Source: an uncultured Verrucomicrobiae bacterium (GTDB taxonomy: Bacteria; Verrucomicrobiota; Verrucomicrobiia; Palsa-1439). From it: 64,000 nucleotides of DNA. Below, piece after piece: positions 63,701 to 64,000 of the stretch (positions are counted from its first letter, which is position 1; every line of letters begins with the position of its first letter). Where the stretch lies: contig CAWFPN010000003.1 in NCBI GenBank assembly GCA_963817685.1, forward strand, positions 401,772 through 465,771. The letters run 5' to 3'. The notes below the pieces were generated by a model, which was given only the letters and a program-made list of their open reading frames with translations, did no database searches and was not told the DNA's origin. Position numbers and translations under genes: made by a program.

Positions 63701-64000
63701 TTTCGAGCAACTGACGCTGGCGTTCTTCACGGTCACGCTGGCGTTGTCCGTGGCCGACACCGTCGCGTCGTTGGGGCTCAGACCGGAGGCGGTGACGGTG
63801 TTCTGCGTGTTGGTGCACAGCGTTTCGCTGAAGAAGTTGGTGATTGACGAGCCTGCGGGAAGCCCAAACGGCCCGCTTACGCTGCCGAACACGGAATCGT
63901 TGACGCTCACGTTATGCAGCGGCAACTGGCCGTTGTTGGTCACGATGATCCGGTAGCAGAAGGTCGGGCATTGACCGCCGGCATCGACGGCGGTGACTGA
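60704..64000 (-). CDS. Giant cell-surface repeat protein (DUF11/conserved-repeat-domain Ig-like units with a ~245-aa periodicity). C-terminal part; the gene continues beyond the window end.
   Basis: Repeating modules ...VTNNGQLPLHNVSVNDSVFG...LCTNTQNTVTASG...DNASVTVKNASVSC...NAHQVIYKLTVQNTSDSGV...ASFTILCTNQLNC..., found at least three times with about 70-80% identity. A distinct C-terminal ~200-aa domain ends ...CLTGHACP. The ORF remains open at position 64000. Confidence 0.65.
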   Translation of the reverse strand, partial: SVTAVDAGGQCPTFCYRIIVTNNGQLPLHNVSVNDSVFGSVSGPFGLPAGSSITNFFSETLCTNTQNTVTASGLSPNDATVSATDNASVTVKNASVSCSKQVSTDGVNFASSASIPKDGNAHQVIYKLTVQNTSDSGVVLNGLSVSDPNGCLGSVALPTNLASSASFTILCTNQLNCASLAGGMLTNTAVVSALVSSQGGTVCSTTGTVSSSCSAVVSCIGTSSISVVKNVICSPGTVIPLIAKPQGVPPGCNSVAGGLYDGQKTATGVAAGGLCPSFCYRVIVTNNGQLPLNNVNISDSVFGTVASSLTLAVGASETNFFQETLCTSTQNVVTATGVGTDSATVSATDNASVTVKNAGVSCTELVSTDGVSFASSATIPQDGNAHQVIYKLTVQNASDSGVALTSFLVSDLNGCLGSATLPTNLASSASFTILCTNQLNCANMAGGTLTDTAVVFAQASSQNGLFCVSGGSVSSSCSAVVNCLGKPAINVVKDVLCQQGTVSCSALGSAYDGQKTASSFIMGSQCPVFCYRIIVQNTGQLPLHGVTVTDPLFGGALGGYPTTLAVGASATNFFSALQCTNYQNTVVAQGIGSDSSTVTASASASVTIGSGGLSCMAIVYSPDDLDGVTNDDNVSLPSNYTWHQVTFSVVVSAGGINLTNVNVVANTKWDTCKAAIPFLAAGTVTNITLCSAIVSCDYQGEIFTNLTTVTGDMDTGSSQGLCGVSTNGEVTVSSQCPSYIQCLFCPTCSIQGPSYVCSNNSNQIYTVTSTLPGASIQWSIENAAIIVGSSTGTSVVVTPSGNPAIQYDVFATVAINGCTNTCKEWVGVSPAPSCMITPSSINANPGDTVSFTVAPTVGPGVPTISWTGPNGFTSNSLTITLQDVQAVNAGIYAVNIVDGNGCTTICQASLGVDSQLLVSPQVITRTQDYWKTHAKNSDASSLTLLKAIEANGGRLNLGFVCLPTGDVNGDGKVDSQDALSEALGLLWGPRSGNALCAARKQFAVQMITAIANNALFSTTKGESLIARARATAACGDTKAILAVTAELSAFNLSGNSAKLPNGLKASTADPKGAKKLQVAIPSAFCTGLNNCLTGHACP

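Overview
High-GC (about 60-65%) bacterial chromosome segment, most likely from a Verrucomicrobia-like organism. Supporting this: an exosortase plus a PEP-CTERM protein, Gloeobacter/Verrucomicrobia-type (GloVer) tandem repeats, autotransporter-associated beta-strand repeat proteins, many Tat/Sec-secreted repeat proteins, and at least five families of REP/MITE-like palindromic repeats. The housekeeping backbone comprises a pyruvate-dehydrogenase cluster (aceE, aceF, lpd, lipoate-protein ligase), an ACT-domain GcvR-like regulator, adk, gmhA, an M16 peptidase, PPK2, aquaporin Z, a VIT1/ferritin-like transporter and mutS. Accessory content is rich. (1) A 2.7-kb IS1595-family element bounded by 24-bp inverted repeats carries passenger genes for a frameshifted TylF-like methyltransferase and a Rha/P63C-like protein. 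(2) A 4-kb island between the gcvR-like gene and lpd holds an orphan HNH_2 endonuclease, two small acidic proteins, an orphan Vsr nicking endonuclease delimited by three copies of a 45-bp hairpin repeat, and an IS110-family transposase. (3) A ParD-like/zeta toxin-antitoxin pair. (4) Three tandem Tat-signal beta-propeller paralogs, each with its own conserved promoter and leader. The candidate I consider most interesting is a gene inserted between aceE and aceF: a DUF4062-like (TIR/nucleoside-2-deoxyribosyltransferase-like) N-domain fused to an array of near-identical 42-aa TPR repeats, which looks like a single-protein sensor-effector (defence-like) module sitting inside a core metabolic operon. 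Also notable: mutS is broken by several frameshifts (a possible mutator background, or poor local assembly), lpd carries a single +1 frameshift, and 10-bp phased direct repeats lie upstream of the VIT1/ferritin-like gene.
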